From positions 128,001-192,000 of the IMG/VR virus record IMGVR_UViG_3300010429_000387: 64,000 nucleotides of DNA; one strand, given 5' to 3'. Origin of the DNA: a virus (lineage: Duplodnaviria > Caudoviricetes). Position 1 is the stretch's first letter, and each line of letters starts with the position of its first letter. The notes under the pieces are model-generated. The model did no database searches. It was not told the origin of the DNA and worked only from the letters and a program-made list of their open reading frames with translations. Both the position numbers and the translations under genes were made by a program. This document shows, one piece after another, positions 55,936 to 64,000 of the stretch.

Positions 55936-57498
55936 ATGGCACCCTCACTCATCACAGTCGCTACCGACGGGTTCCGGGACTACGTTGACCTCCCAGACGG
56001 AAGGCAGCTCAATCTCGGGTCTGTTTCGGTCCTGAAGTTGGTGACCTCTCTTGTCTCCAGCTCGACTGACTGTCGAAAAGCACTCGACGGATTCCTAAGC
56101 AAAGGTTCGACCACCATCAAGGTTGACCTGCAAGCTCTGGAGGGGCTTTTGCGTCCTCGCAGGGCACGATGGGCGGGGCATGGTGATCCGTTTATCCCTG
56201 CTGATTCTCGTCTACACTTCAGAGGCGCAAGCATGAACCCAGTCCAAGCTATCCACACCCACATCGACGAAATCGAGAGGCATGTCGCTGCGCTTCAGCA
56301 AGAAGCTGGGCAGGGACAAGAGCAACAGGAGAAGTCCGCTGGCCTTCACAGGGTCGTGGCGGCACTTCTGGGCCTGGTGACTCAAACGGAGGCCGAAGGG
56401 CTCAGCGCTAAGCTGTCAGCCATCGAGTCCACGATTGATGCCATCAACAAGGCTGGCTCTGCCCCCAAGGGCTCGGTTGAGACCCTTCGTGGCCTCACTG
56501 CAAGCCTCTGTGAGGTGGTGACAGGCAAGACTGCTGCTGTGGACGAGGATGCCAAGCGGGAACTCGAACTCTACATGGAGAACGAGTCGAGGCTCTATCG
56601 TCAGAAGCAGGACATCATCAAGAACATCATGCGGAAGATGAAGGGTGGCAAGTACAACCACTCTCTCGCCCCCAAGTTGTGGATGTACTGGGTTGACGAA
56701 GGCGCCAAGATGTACGTCCGTGAGTTCGGTGGGGACGTGAAGACCATGTTCCCGAAGCAACTTCGTGAGGAGTTGGCGAAAGAGATCGCCAACGACCAGA
56801 AGAAGCTCATCGAGGATGGGGAGTACGACAGCCTCAAGGTCGCTGCTGAACAGGATTGGTCAGTTACAGCCTCCGTCAAGTGGAATGAGGGGGATGGGTC
56901 CTGGACAGCTAATGGCGAGGGCGACTTCATCAAGAAGGTCACCATCACAGAGATCAAGGGTCCTGGGATTCCTCTGTACGTGCTGAAACTCACTACTGAG
57001 AAGGGTGAGTTCAAGTACAAGAAGGAGTACAAGAAGCTCAATGACGCCAAGAAGGATGGTGAGACCTGGGTGAAGTCTGATGAGGACGGGGCAAGCCTGA
57101 TCCTCACAGACTTCAAGAAGGTCGCTTCTCAGGGACAGGACCAGCAAGGTCAAGACGAGCAGGAGGCCCCTGAAGAGCAGGCCAAGCAGGCTCAGGACCA
57201 ACAGCAAGACCAGCAAGGGCAGGACAAGGAAGCCTCCCTCCGAATCTCTTCTGAAGAAGTTCTGGTGATCAACGAAGCTCTAGCACACTCGGTCATGGCG
57301 AAGGTCGAGAGTGCTCTGAAGGTGGTCGAGGCAAGTGGACTGCCCGGAACTCAAGTTGCCAAGAAGGACTTGAACACCATCTCGATCAAGCTGGCAAAGC
57401 TGGTTGAGGCGTCGGACCTCAAGAACCCGAGCCTCCGATCCGACCTCACGAAGCTCGCCAGCATGGCAGACAAAGTTCACTCTCACTTCGCCGCCTGA
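55936..57498 (+). CDS. Modular protein, candidate internal head polyprotein (possible internal start 56233)
   Basis: Modules separated by KSA, KTAA, KVAA, KVAS, KQA, KEAS and Q/D/E-rich linkers like the scaffold's. Confidence 0.7.
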   Translation: MAPSLITVATDGFRDYVDLPDGRQLNLGSVSVLKLVTSLVSSSTDCRKALDGFLSKGSTTIKVDLQALEGLLRPRRARWAGHGDPFIPADSRLHFRGASMNPVQAIHTHIDEIERHVAALQQEAGQGQEQQEKSAGLHRVVAALLGLVTQTEAEGLSAKLSAIESTIDAINKAGSAPKGSVETLRGLTASLCEVVTGKTAAVDEDAKRELELYMENESRLYRQKQDIIKNIMRKMKGGKYNHSLAPKLWMYWVDEGAKMYVREFGGDVKTMFPKQLREELAKEIANDQKKLIEDGEYDSLKVAAEQDWSVTASVKWNEGDGSWTANGEGDFIKKVTITEIKGPGIPLYVLKLTTEKGEFKYKKEYKKLNDAKKDGETWVKSDEDGASLILTDFKKVASQGQDQQGQDEQEAPEEQAKQAQDQQQDQQGQDKEASLRISSEEVLVINEALAHSVMAKVESALKVVEASGLPGTQVAKKDLNTISIKLAKLVEASDLKNPSLRSDLTKLASMADKVHSHFAA

Positions 57499-57517
57499 CC
57501 AAAGAGGAGCCTGACCG

Positions 57518-58240
57518 ATGGGAAACCCGAGGGAACTCAACACTTACATCTACCGAATGGGGACCGCCCCCAACACTCGTGTAGCCGTCAGCCAGAAGAA
57601 CAAGGTCTACGGCTACATGGTTGGAAAGAACAAGTTCCAACAGATCGGTGTGGTCTCTGAGTTCGGCTTCGATGAGAGCCGGACCATCGATCCCGTCCGT
57701 GGCGTAGGCTTTGGTGACACGGTTGCCGAGCTTGTGCCGGGCGTGACCGAGCCGATGGCCCTGACCTTGAACCGGACCCTGCTCTACACCGTGAACATCT
57801 TCCAGGTGCTCGGGTACAAGGGTGGCGTCGAAGGTCTGGTCAGGTCGCTCCGGCATCACCGCTGGCCGTTCGACATCAAGCAAGAGCTGGTCTTCTCCGA
57901 GCTGTCCTCGAAGGAGGACACGGTTGGTGTGGACTCGAAGAACATCAAGAAGGCCGTTCAGCAGCCCCAGGGTACTTCGAGCCTCTACACGAGTGACATC
58001 AAGGCCCTCTTCACCTTCTACGAGGGTTGCTGGCTCAACAGCTACTCCGCCTCGTTCACGAGCGATGCAGCCATCGTGGCTGAGAACTCTTCGGTGACTG
58101 TCACGGACATCATCGACGGTTTCTCGACCTACGGTGAGTTCATCGACACGGGCCTCAGCCCCGGTGGTGGTGGAACCGCTGGTGGTGGCTACTCGCTCCG
58201 GTTCGCCGGAGGAGCACAGCCCTCAACAACCGTCGGCTGA
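57518..58240 (+). CDS. Tail tube protein
   Basis: IGVVSEF...SRTIDPVRGVGFGD..AELVPG...LNRTLLY...PFDI...YEGCWLNSYS tube pattern; GAGGAG RBS. Confidence 0.82.
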   Translation: MGNPRELNTYIYRMGTAPNTRVAVSQKNKVYGYMVGKNKFQQIGVVSEFGFDESRTIDPVRGVGFGDTVAELVPGVTEPMALTLNRTLLYTVNIFQVLGYKGGVEGLVRSLRHHRWPFDIKQELVFSELSSKEDTVGVDSKNIKKAVQQPQGTSSLYTSDIKALFTFYEGCWLNSYSASFTSDAAIVAENSSVTVTDIIDGFSTYGEFIDTGLSPGGGGTAGGGYSLRFAGGAQPSTTVG

Positions 58241-58246
58241 TGGCTG

Positions 58247-58413
58247 AGATAGGCCCCCTTCAAGGAGGGGGCCTTAGATGAGATTGGACATGCGGCAACG
58301 GATGTAGATGTAGAAGTATCAGATCAGACCCAGATTGTTCCCTCACTCTCCCCGCTTGGTCCTCTGGGCGGGGAGGCTAGATCGGACCCCCGAACTAGAT
58401 GGGATGTAGATGT
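58247..58413 (+). promoter_or_regulatory. AGAT-repeat/hairpin element between tube and tail-assembly genes
   Basis: Nine AGAT units in about 165 nt with hairpins at 58251-58274 and 58348-58375. Confidence 0.65.
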
Positions 58414-58479
58414 ACACATTCACCTCTGCCGTCACCGCTGTCCTTCTCCACCACAACCCCAAACTGGTAGGGTGCGAGA

Positions 58480-59661
58480 ATGGCAAAGTTGCAAGCGAAG
58501 AAGATCACCGAAGCTCTCAAGAAGGCCCAGCGAGTAGGAGAGGTAGAGGTTTCGTTCACCGTTGCTGACTGCAACGTAGTGCTCAGGAGTCTCCGACCTG
58601 AGGAGTATGAAGCCGCTATGCAAGCGGCTCAGGAGTTCGAGGAACTCCAGTACATCAACGCCTTCAAGCGGGAGCACATCTCCCGTGCCGTCTGCGAAAT
58701 CAACGGAGAGTCTCTCCGTGAGTATGATTTCGTGGAGGTGGACGTTGAGGAAACGGACCCTCGAACAGGCAAGGTTTCAACCAAGACTGTAGCCTTGGAA
58801 CGGCATCAGTTCGTCTCCGAGTACATCTTGGCAACCTGGTCTCGGGAAGTCATCGACACCACCTTCCGGAAGTTCAACGAGGTGGTAGCCAAGTCTGAGA
58901 AGGCTTCCACTGAAGGGGTTGAGTTCACCATCCCCGATGAGACCCCGGAGGAGAAGTACCGCCGTCTGCTCATCGAGGCCAAGGAGATTGAAGGGCAAAT
59001 CCCCTTCGAGCTGGTTGGTCGGATCCTGGACGAGGTGGGGTATATGTCCCGGTCGTCCAAGGGTGAGTTGGAAGGGGTCGATCAGAAGCTCGCCCAGGTG
59101 GCGGAGGAGATCCCCCCTGGAGAGGTTCCCGAACCCCAGCCAGTCCCGGTAGCAGCCCCTCAGAGGGCTCCGGTTCGAGCACAAGCTCCAAGCCACCAGG
59201 CACCAGCAAACCCCCCTCAGGAGGCCCCTGAAGTGCCCCTGGCCCGCCCGGTGCGCCCCAACCTCCCTCCGGAGCTTCAGCATCCCGATCCCGAGGTGCT
59301 CATGAGGAGCCGGAAGCCTCTGAACCAGGTGGCCTCCCCGGTTCCCCAACCACCCCAGGCTCAGGTCCCCCAGGCGACTCAGCCCGCCCAGCCCCCTCCG
59401 GCAATGCAGGCCCGCCCGGTCATCCCAGCCACTCCGGCAGCCCTTCGTAGGGCTCAGGAGATCGAGGCGATGGAGCAGCAGGCAGCTCTTCCAGATGACC
59501 CAACTCCTCCCCCCATCCAGGGTGGAACCAGGTTGGCCGAAGGCATCCCTGAGTTGGCCGAGAACATCGCCAAGGTCAACCCTCAGGCAGCCGAACGGAT
59601 CTTCGAGCAGCCCCCGGTTGCAGGGATCAACCCCAGGTTCAAAGCCCCCCCACGTCTTTGA
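58480..59661 (+). CDS. Putative tail assembly chaperone with Pro/Gln-rich C-terminus
   Basis: VVLRSLRPEE...ISRAVCEING pattern; position after the tube gene. Confidence 0.6.
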   Translation: MAKLQAKKITEALKKAQRVGEVEVSFTVADCNVVLRSLRPEEYEAAMQAAQEFEELQYINAFKREHISRAVCEINGESLREYDFVEVDVEETDPRTGKVSTKTVALERHQFVSEYILATWSREVIDTTFRKFNEVVAKSEKASTEGVEFTIPDETPEEKYRRLLIEAKEIEGQIPFELVGRILDEVGYMSRSSKGELEGVDQKLAQVAEEIPPGEVPEPQPVPVAAPQRAPVRAQAPSHQAPANPPQEAPEVPLARPVRPNLPPELQHPDPEVLMRSRKPLNQVASPVPQPPQAQVPQATQPAQPPPAMQARPVIPATPAALRRAQEIEAMEQQAALPDDPTPPPIQGGTRLAEGIPELAENIAKVNPQAAERIFEQPPVAGINPRFKAPPRL

Positions 59662-59669
59662 GGTAAGCC

Positions 59670-60968
59670 ATGCCACGGCCTAGCCTCAACGACCGGATCA
59701 ACGAAATCGTCGAGGGGGCCGAAGAGGCCCTAGCATCCGGCGAGGTTGATCCCGAGGACATTCGGATTCCGGCTCCAAAAGAGCCGGAAGTCAACCCAGA
59801 GGTCTATCGAGATGTGGAAAGCCTCTTGTTCAGGGGCTTTCTCATTTTGCCCGCTGAGATCAACGGGGTTCAGTTCCTCTTCAAGTCAATCAACCATCGG
59901 GAGTTCGAGTACCTTCAGTGGGCCTCGGGCACACTCGGGGAGATGACTGGGAAGTCCATGGATCGCTACTACAGCGCTTTCATGGCTTACGGGGTCTTCA
60001 TGATTGACGGGCAGAACATCCTGCCCGACCGAGACCAGTGGGTCCCAAAGCTCCAAGAGGTCTTCTCTGGGTTCCCAACAGGGGCTCGGGGGAAGATCAT
60101 CCGTCACCTCTCAGAGGTCAACTCCAAGGCGGCTGGGGCAGTGACCCTGACCGAAGCCTACCAGATGGAGAACTACTCCAGGTTCCGGTGGGCTCAGTAT
60201 CGGGGGCTCGACCCAATGTCTTCGACCTCTACTGGGATCTTGGGTACAGAGCGTTTGGGTCTCAACTTCGCCCAACTCGTTTGGAGGGCACTCAACTACT
60301 ACGAGGACACCCGAGACTCAGCCGAGAGGGAGTGGGACAACGCCAAGTTCATCGGGTCCTGCTTCGCGGGCAAGGGCATCCAGAAAATCTACAACCAGGA
60401 CAAGGACCGTCGCCAGAAGGAGCGTGAGGAGCGGGTCAAGCGTCGGGACCAGCTCATTCGTCAGGTGGTCCTTCGAGAAGACCCTGACAAGGCCAAGGAG
60501 AGCGGGCGCTATGTCATGAACGTGGCCCGGTCTGTTGAGGAGTTGGCCGACCAGTTGGAGAAGAACCTTCGAGGAGAGAAGGACTGGCACGATGAGGTGG
60601 TTGCCCGTGAAGAAGCTCGACTCAGGTCTGAGATGACTGCCCGCCAGAAGAAGATCCAAGAGCTGGCTCGGGAGCGTGAGAAGGAGCAGGCCCGCCCCTA
60701 TGCAGCGAGTTCGGAACTCACAGGGCTCACGAAGGAAGAGGTAGCCCAGAGAATCCAGCGGAAGCGTCAGCTTGAAGCCCAACAGGCTGCCTCCCGCATG
60801 GTGCATCCAGAGCTGATGGATGAGCGTATGGAGGGGTTCATGCAGAAGTACCTCGGGGATCAGGACGGAACTTATCAGGATCCTGGTGTGGGGACCACAG
60901 ACCGTGACCCCTCCGAGGTCTTGCCTCTGCCACCTCCACGGCCAAGGGCGACCCCATTCCGGAGATGA
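59670..60968 (+). CDS. Putative second tail assembly protein (pre-tape-measure)
   Basis: Position directly before the tape measure gene; charged helical C-terminus. Confidence 0.55.
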   Translation: MPRPSLNDRINEIVEGAEEALASGEVDPEDIRIPAPKEPEVNPEVYRDVESLLFRGFLILPAEINGVQFLFKSINHREFEYLQWASGTLGEMTGKSMDRYYSAFMAYGVFMIDGQNILPDRDQWVPKLQEVFSGFPTGARGKIIRHLSEVNSKAAGAVTLTEAYQMENYSRFRWAQYRGLDPMSSTSTGILGTERLGLNFAQLVWRALNYYEDTRDSAEREWDNAKFIGSCFAGKGIQKIYNQDKDRRQKEREERVKRRDQLIRQVVLREDPDKAKESGRYVMNVARSVEELADQLEKNLRGEKDWHDEVVAREEARLRSEMTARQKKIQELAREREKEQARPYAASSELTGLTKEEVAQRIQRKRQLEAQQAASRMVHPELMDERMEGFMQKYLGDQDGTYQDPGVGTTDRDPSEVLPLPPPRPRATPFRR

Positions 60969-60971
60969 CCT

Positions 60972-63900
60972 ATGGCGAGTACCCGTGAGCAAGTCGAACT
61001 AGCGTTCAATATCGAGCTTGAGACTCGTAAGGCTCTCGGTGCCCTCAGCAAGATGGACAAGTCGCTCAAGGCGATGGTGTCCAAGAAGCTGAAGTTCGAC
61101 GCTTTCGACTCCAAGTCCCTCAAGAAGGCCGAAAAGGGTGTCGGTCGGATTGGGGACGAGCTGAAGGACATGATGTCCTTGATGTCGAAGAAGAGCAGGG
61201 GGGCTATTTCCAAGCAGTTTGTTGAGGCCGAGTCAGCAGCTAGGAACCTCACCAGGGTCGTCACAGCCGAGCGGGAGAAGATTGCCAAGGCTGAGGAAGC
61301 CATCAACAGGGAGTCTGACAAGGCCAGGAAGGCAGCCCTTCAGGAGACCCTCAAGGACCTCCAAAAGGAGAGTTCTCTTGTCATCAAAGAGGCCAAGAAG
61401 TCCTACAGCGAGAAGAGCAAGATCCTCTCCAAGAAGATGGAGAAGACTGGGGTCCACAATGAGATCCAGCGTAGGGCAGAGAGTAAGGGTGCCACTGCCA
61501 AGGGGCTGAAAGACACCCTGGATGCAGCTCAGTCCTACAGCATGGGCGAGGAACTCTTCGAGGGGTTCAAGGACGGTATCGACTCCCTCAAGGGCAAGGA
61601 CGTTCTTGGGATTGCCAAGGCTGGACTCAAGATGTCCGCCTCGGTCTTCAAGAAGGCTGGTGCCGTAGCGTTGCCCAAGATTCTGAAGGGTGGGTTTGCC
61701 CTTCAGGATAAGGGGCAAGAGATGAAGAACAAGGGCAAAGACATGAAGGGCTTTGCCGGGGCCGGGATGCAGGGCCTAGGTTCCGCCATGAAGGGCATTG
61801 GCGGGATGATGAAATCCATCGGCCCTCTCGTTGGTACCCTTGCCAAGATGGGACCCATCCTCAGTGCCTCGGCCGCCATCTTTGCTGCCATCGTCAAGAT
61901 TGCCCTGGATGCTGAGTCGGCTGCCAAGGAGATGAACAAGAACCTCCTTGATGGGGCCTCGGCCGCTGAGTTCCTGTATGAGGGTGGGAAGAAGTCGGAG
62001 GGTGCCTTCCGCAAGCTGGACTCAACCCTGGACCAGGTCAGGAAGGATGCCACTGACATAGGTGAGAACTTCAAGTGGGGCACCAAGGCAGATGACATCA
62101 TCAAGACCACCAACGCCTTGGCCCAGCAGGGGATCACACTCAAGAGCATGACCCAGGCGTTCAAGAACGCTGGGGACTCTTCCGACCAGGCAGCTCGTCA
62201 GATCAAGGGTTTTGGCGATATGGCCCGGATGAGCTTTGCCTACTCACGGCTCATGGGTGTGAGCATCAACGAGATCACTGACCTCCAAGGGGAGATGTTC
62301 ACCGAGATGGGGACCAGCTTGTCTGGCCTCAAGTTGGAGTTCGCCCGGATGACGAAGGAGGCCAACGAATCCGGGATGGCTACCAACAAGTTCTTCGCCA
62401 TCCTTCGAGGTGTTTCCGCTGACCTTGGTCTCTACACGACACGTATTGGTCAGGCTGCCACGATGCTCAAGCTCCTCGGGAAGGTGATGAACCCGAGGGA
62501 GGCCCAGAAGTTCTTCCAGACCGCCATGCAGGGCATGAAGCAGATGTCCGAGGAAGAGCGACTCCGCATGACGCTCTTGGCGGGTGAGGGTGCCACCAAG
62601 GACATTGTGACCAAGGACCTCGCCCGGAAGTCGAAGCTAGCCTACGCTGACATGGCCTCCTCTGCTGGTATGACCGTTGAAGAGGTCAAGAAGGCAGTTG
62701 ATAAGGGTGGTAGTGAGCTTGATGCGATGTTGCAGAAGGTCCCCGAGAACCAGAGGGCAGCCTTCAAGAGCTTCTTGGCAGAGGCCAAAATGGACAAGAA
62801 CGCCCTTGAGAAGGGCGGGATCATGGGCATCCAGGAGGCAGCCTCCAACCTCTCGGCTGCTGGTGCTCTTACCCTGACCAAGAAGGCCCTACAGCGCTTC
62901 GGTGGTGGTGGGAAGCTCCGGGACATGACTGGGGTCCAAGCCTTTGCTGCCCGTAAGGCAGCCGGTGTCTCGCTGGAGCAGTTCCGGGGGATGGCGAAGT
63001 TGGAGGCCGCCGTAGATGACCAGAAGGAGGAGATGATCAAGCTCCTCAAGAAGCCACCACAGGAGTTGACTGAGGGGGACAAGCAGATGCTTGCCCGCAT
63101 GGATGCCATGGGCCTCAAAGATGAGAAGGCCATCAAGGCAGCCGATGATGCAGATGTCATCGCCACGATGGAGAAGAGTGCTCAGGACAACCTGGCAGCC
63201 GCCCAAGAGCAGACAGACTACGCTGCTGAGACCTTCAAGGCCACAACCAGCATCTCCGACAAGATAGAGATGGTCATCGAGGGTATCTTCGAGTTTCTCT
63301 ACGTCAAACTCAAGAGGATCCTTGAGGACATCAACGAGTTCATCGACCTGGTTGCCGGGTGGTGGAATAAGACTGATCCAAGGAAGCAAGCCAAAGCGGT
63401 TGACGATGCTCTCTCAAAGACCAAGACCGAGGGGAACGCCAAGCTCATCGACGCCATGGTGGAGGCTGGTAGGAACGAAACAACCGCTGGGGGTAAGGCA
63501 GCCAGGTGGATTGAAACAGTTGGTCCTGTTCTTGACAAGGCATTGAGTGAGTCCGGAGCCAAGGACAAAGAAGCGAGCCGAACAGCTTCTATTGCGGCAC
63601 ATGAGAAGACCCTCGGTCGGTCTATGACCAAAGAAGAGCTGGGGGACTTCAATAAGGGCTTTGAGGAGCGGTTCAGTAAACTCACTACGATGCAGAAGAA
63701 CCCCTCAATGCAGAATGCCTTGAGTGACGTTCTTGTTCGTGGAGGCTTGGATACCACTGAGGGAGGCAAGAAAACTGTCGGAATGACAGGGATCGATGCT
63801 GCGAAGAAGAAGAAGTTTGACGAGTCCCTTGCTGCACAGGAAGCCCAATCGAAGAAGGATGGTGGGGCAACCCTAATCAGTGTCCAAAGAGCCATGAGAG

Positions 63901-64000
63901 AGGCTGGTTTTGAGGAGAAGGACTACAAGGAGTTCATCCAAAAGTCCCTCCGGGCTATGAGTCCAGAGGGATTGGCTCAGACTCTTCCCAATATGGACAT
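60972..64000 (+). CDS. Tape measure protein (5' partial; runs off the window)
   Basis: GGAG RBS then ATG GCG AGT ACC (MASTREQVELAF...); apparently open for about 1009 codons; A/K/M/G-rich helical; follows tube and chaperone genes. Confidence 0.85.
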   Translation, partial: MASTREQVELAFNIELETRKALGALSKMDKSLKAMVSKKLKFDAFDSKSLKKAEKGVGRIGDELKDMMSLMSKKSRGAISKQFVEAESAARNLTRVVTAEREKIAKAEEAINRESDKARKAALQETLKDLQKESSLVIKEAKKSYSEKSKILSKKMEKTGVHNEIQRRAESKGATAKGLKDTLDAAQSYSMGEELFEGFKDGIDSLKGKDVLGIAKAGLKMSASVFKKAGAVALPKILKGGFALQDKGQEMKNKGKDMKGFAGAGMQGLGSAMKGIGGMMKSIGPLVGTLAKMGPILSASAAIFAAIVKIALDAESAAKEMNKNLLDGASAAEFLYEGGKKSEGAFRKLDSTLDQVRKDATDIGENFKWGTKADDIIKTTNALAQQGITLKSMTQAFKNAGDSSDQAARQIKGFGDMARMSFAYSRLMGVSINEITDLQGEMFTEMGTSLSGLKLEFARMTKEANESGMATNKFFAILRGVSADLGLYTTRIGQAATMLKLLGKVMNPREAQKFFQTAMQGMKQMSEEERLRMTLLAGEGATKDIVTKDLARKSKLAYADMASSAGMTVEEVKKAVDKGGSELDAMLQKVPENQRAAFKSFLAEAKMDKNALEKGGIMGIQEAASNLSAAGALTLTKKALQRFGGGGKLRDMTGVQAFAARKAAGVSLEQFRGMAKLEAAVDDQKEEMIKLLKKPPQELTEGDKQMLARMDAMGLKDEKAIKAADDADVIATMEKSAQDNLAAAQEQTDYAAETFKATTSISDKIEMVIEGIFEFLYVKLKRILEDINEFIDLVAGWWNKTDPRKQAKAVDDALSKTKTEGNAKLIDAMVEAGRNETTAGGKAARWIETVGPVLDKALSESGAKDKEASRTASIAAHEKTLGRSMTKEELGDFNKGFEERFSKLTTMQKNPSMQNALSDVLVRGGLDTTEGGKKTVGMTGIDAAKKKKFDESLAAQEAQSKKDGGATLISVQRAMREAGFEEKDYKEFIQKSLRAMSPEGLAQTLPNMD

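Noticed and set aside
58247-58413. CRISPR array or tRNA in the repeat-rich gaps
   Set aside because: Repeats are 4-6 nt with no repeat-spacer periodicity; no cloverleaf or T-loop/CCA pattern seen
59641-59672. Programmed -1 frameshift joining the two tail-assembly ORFs at the C7 run
   Set aside because: The -1 frame has TAA at 59664-59666 before ATG 59670, and the second ORF has its own GAGGT RBS
173-63895. Numerous long minus-strand and alternate-frame ORFs (e.g. 44524..46236, 52517..53692, 3461..4177)
   Set aside because: Antisense or frame shadows of GC3-biased + strand genes; no RBS or recognisable motifs
44446-64000. Extracellular contractile injection system or tailocin
   Set aside because: A head module is present in the same gene cluster
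1-64000. Stop-codon reassignment as in some large phages
   Set aside because: Coding density is high under the standard code; TAA, TAG and TGA all end genes followed by SD/start signals

Overview
A 64 kb, GC-rich (roughly 60% by eye) segment of a large contractile-tailed (myovirus-like, probably jumbo) bacteriophage. Essentially all real genes are on the + strand and the standard genetic code is used. The window covers the late/virion region: prohead protease, Gln-rich scaffold, head decoration protein, short HK97-like major capsid protein, candidate internal-head proteins, head/tail fibres with R-x-D-H-x-H repeats, a paralogous collar/appendage cluster, neck and tail-completion proteins, a 1439-aa sheath, tail tube, two tail-assembly proteins and the 5' part of the tape measure gene (60972 to window end; absent from the ORF track). 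Interspersed genes encode HU, two FmdB-type Zn ribbons, a SWIM-finger protein, patatin, a Dps/ferritin-like protein, an actin-fold ATPase, a J-domain protein and a UvrD helicase. The most interesting unexplained signals are: (1) a strand-specific AGAT-repeat element interleaved with hairpins in several 5' leaders; (2) a recurrent (K/R)-x-A-(A/S) motif plus Q/D/E-rich linkers that divide many proteins into modules, suggesting protease-released capsid cargo polyproteins; (3) two classes of phage promoter-like motif; (4) in-frame internal starts; (5) a chain of paralogs sharing domains pairwise next to the neck gene. No tRNA, rRNA, CRISPR array, integrase or reverse transcriptase was recognised. 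All family calls come from motif recognition and gene context, not database searches.
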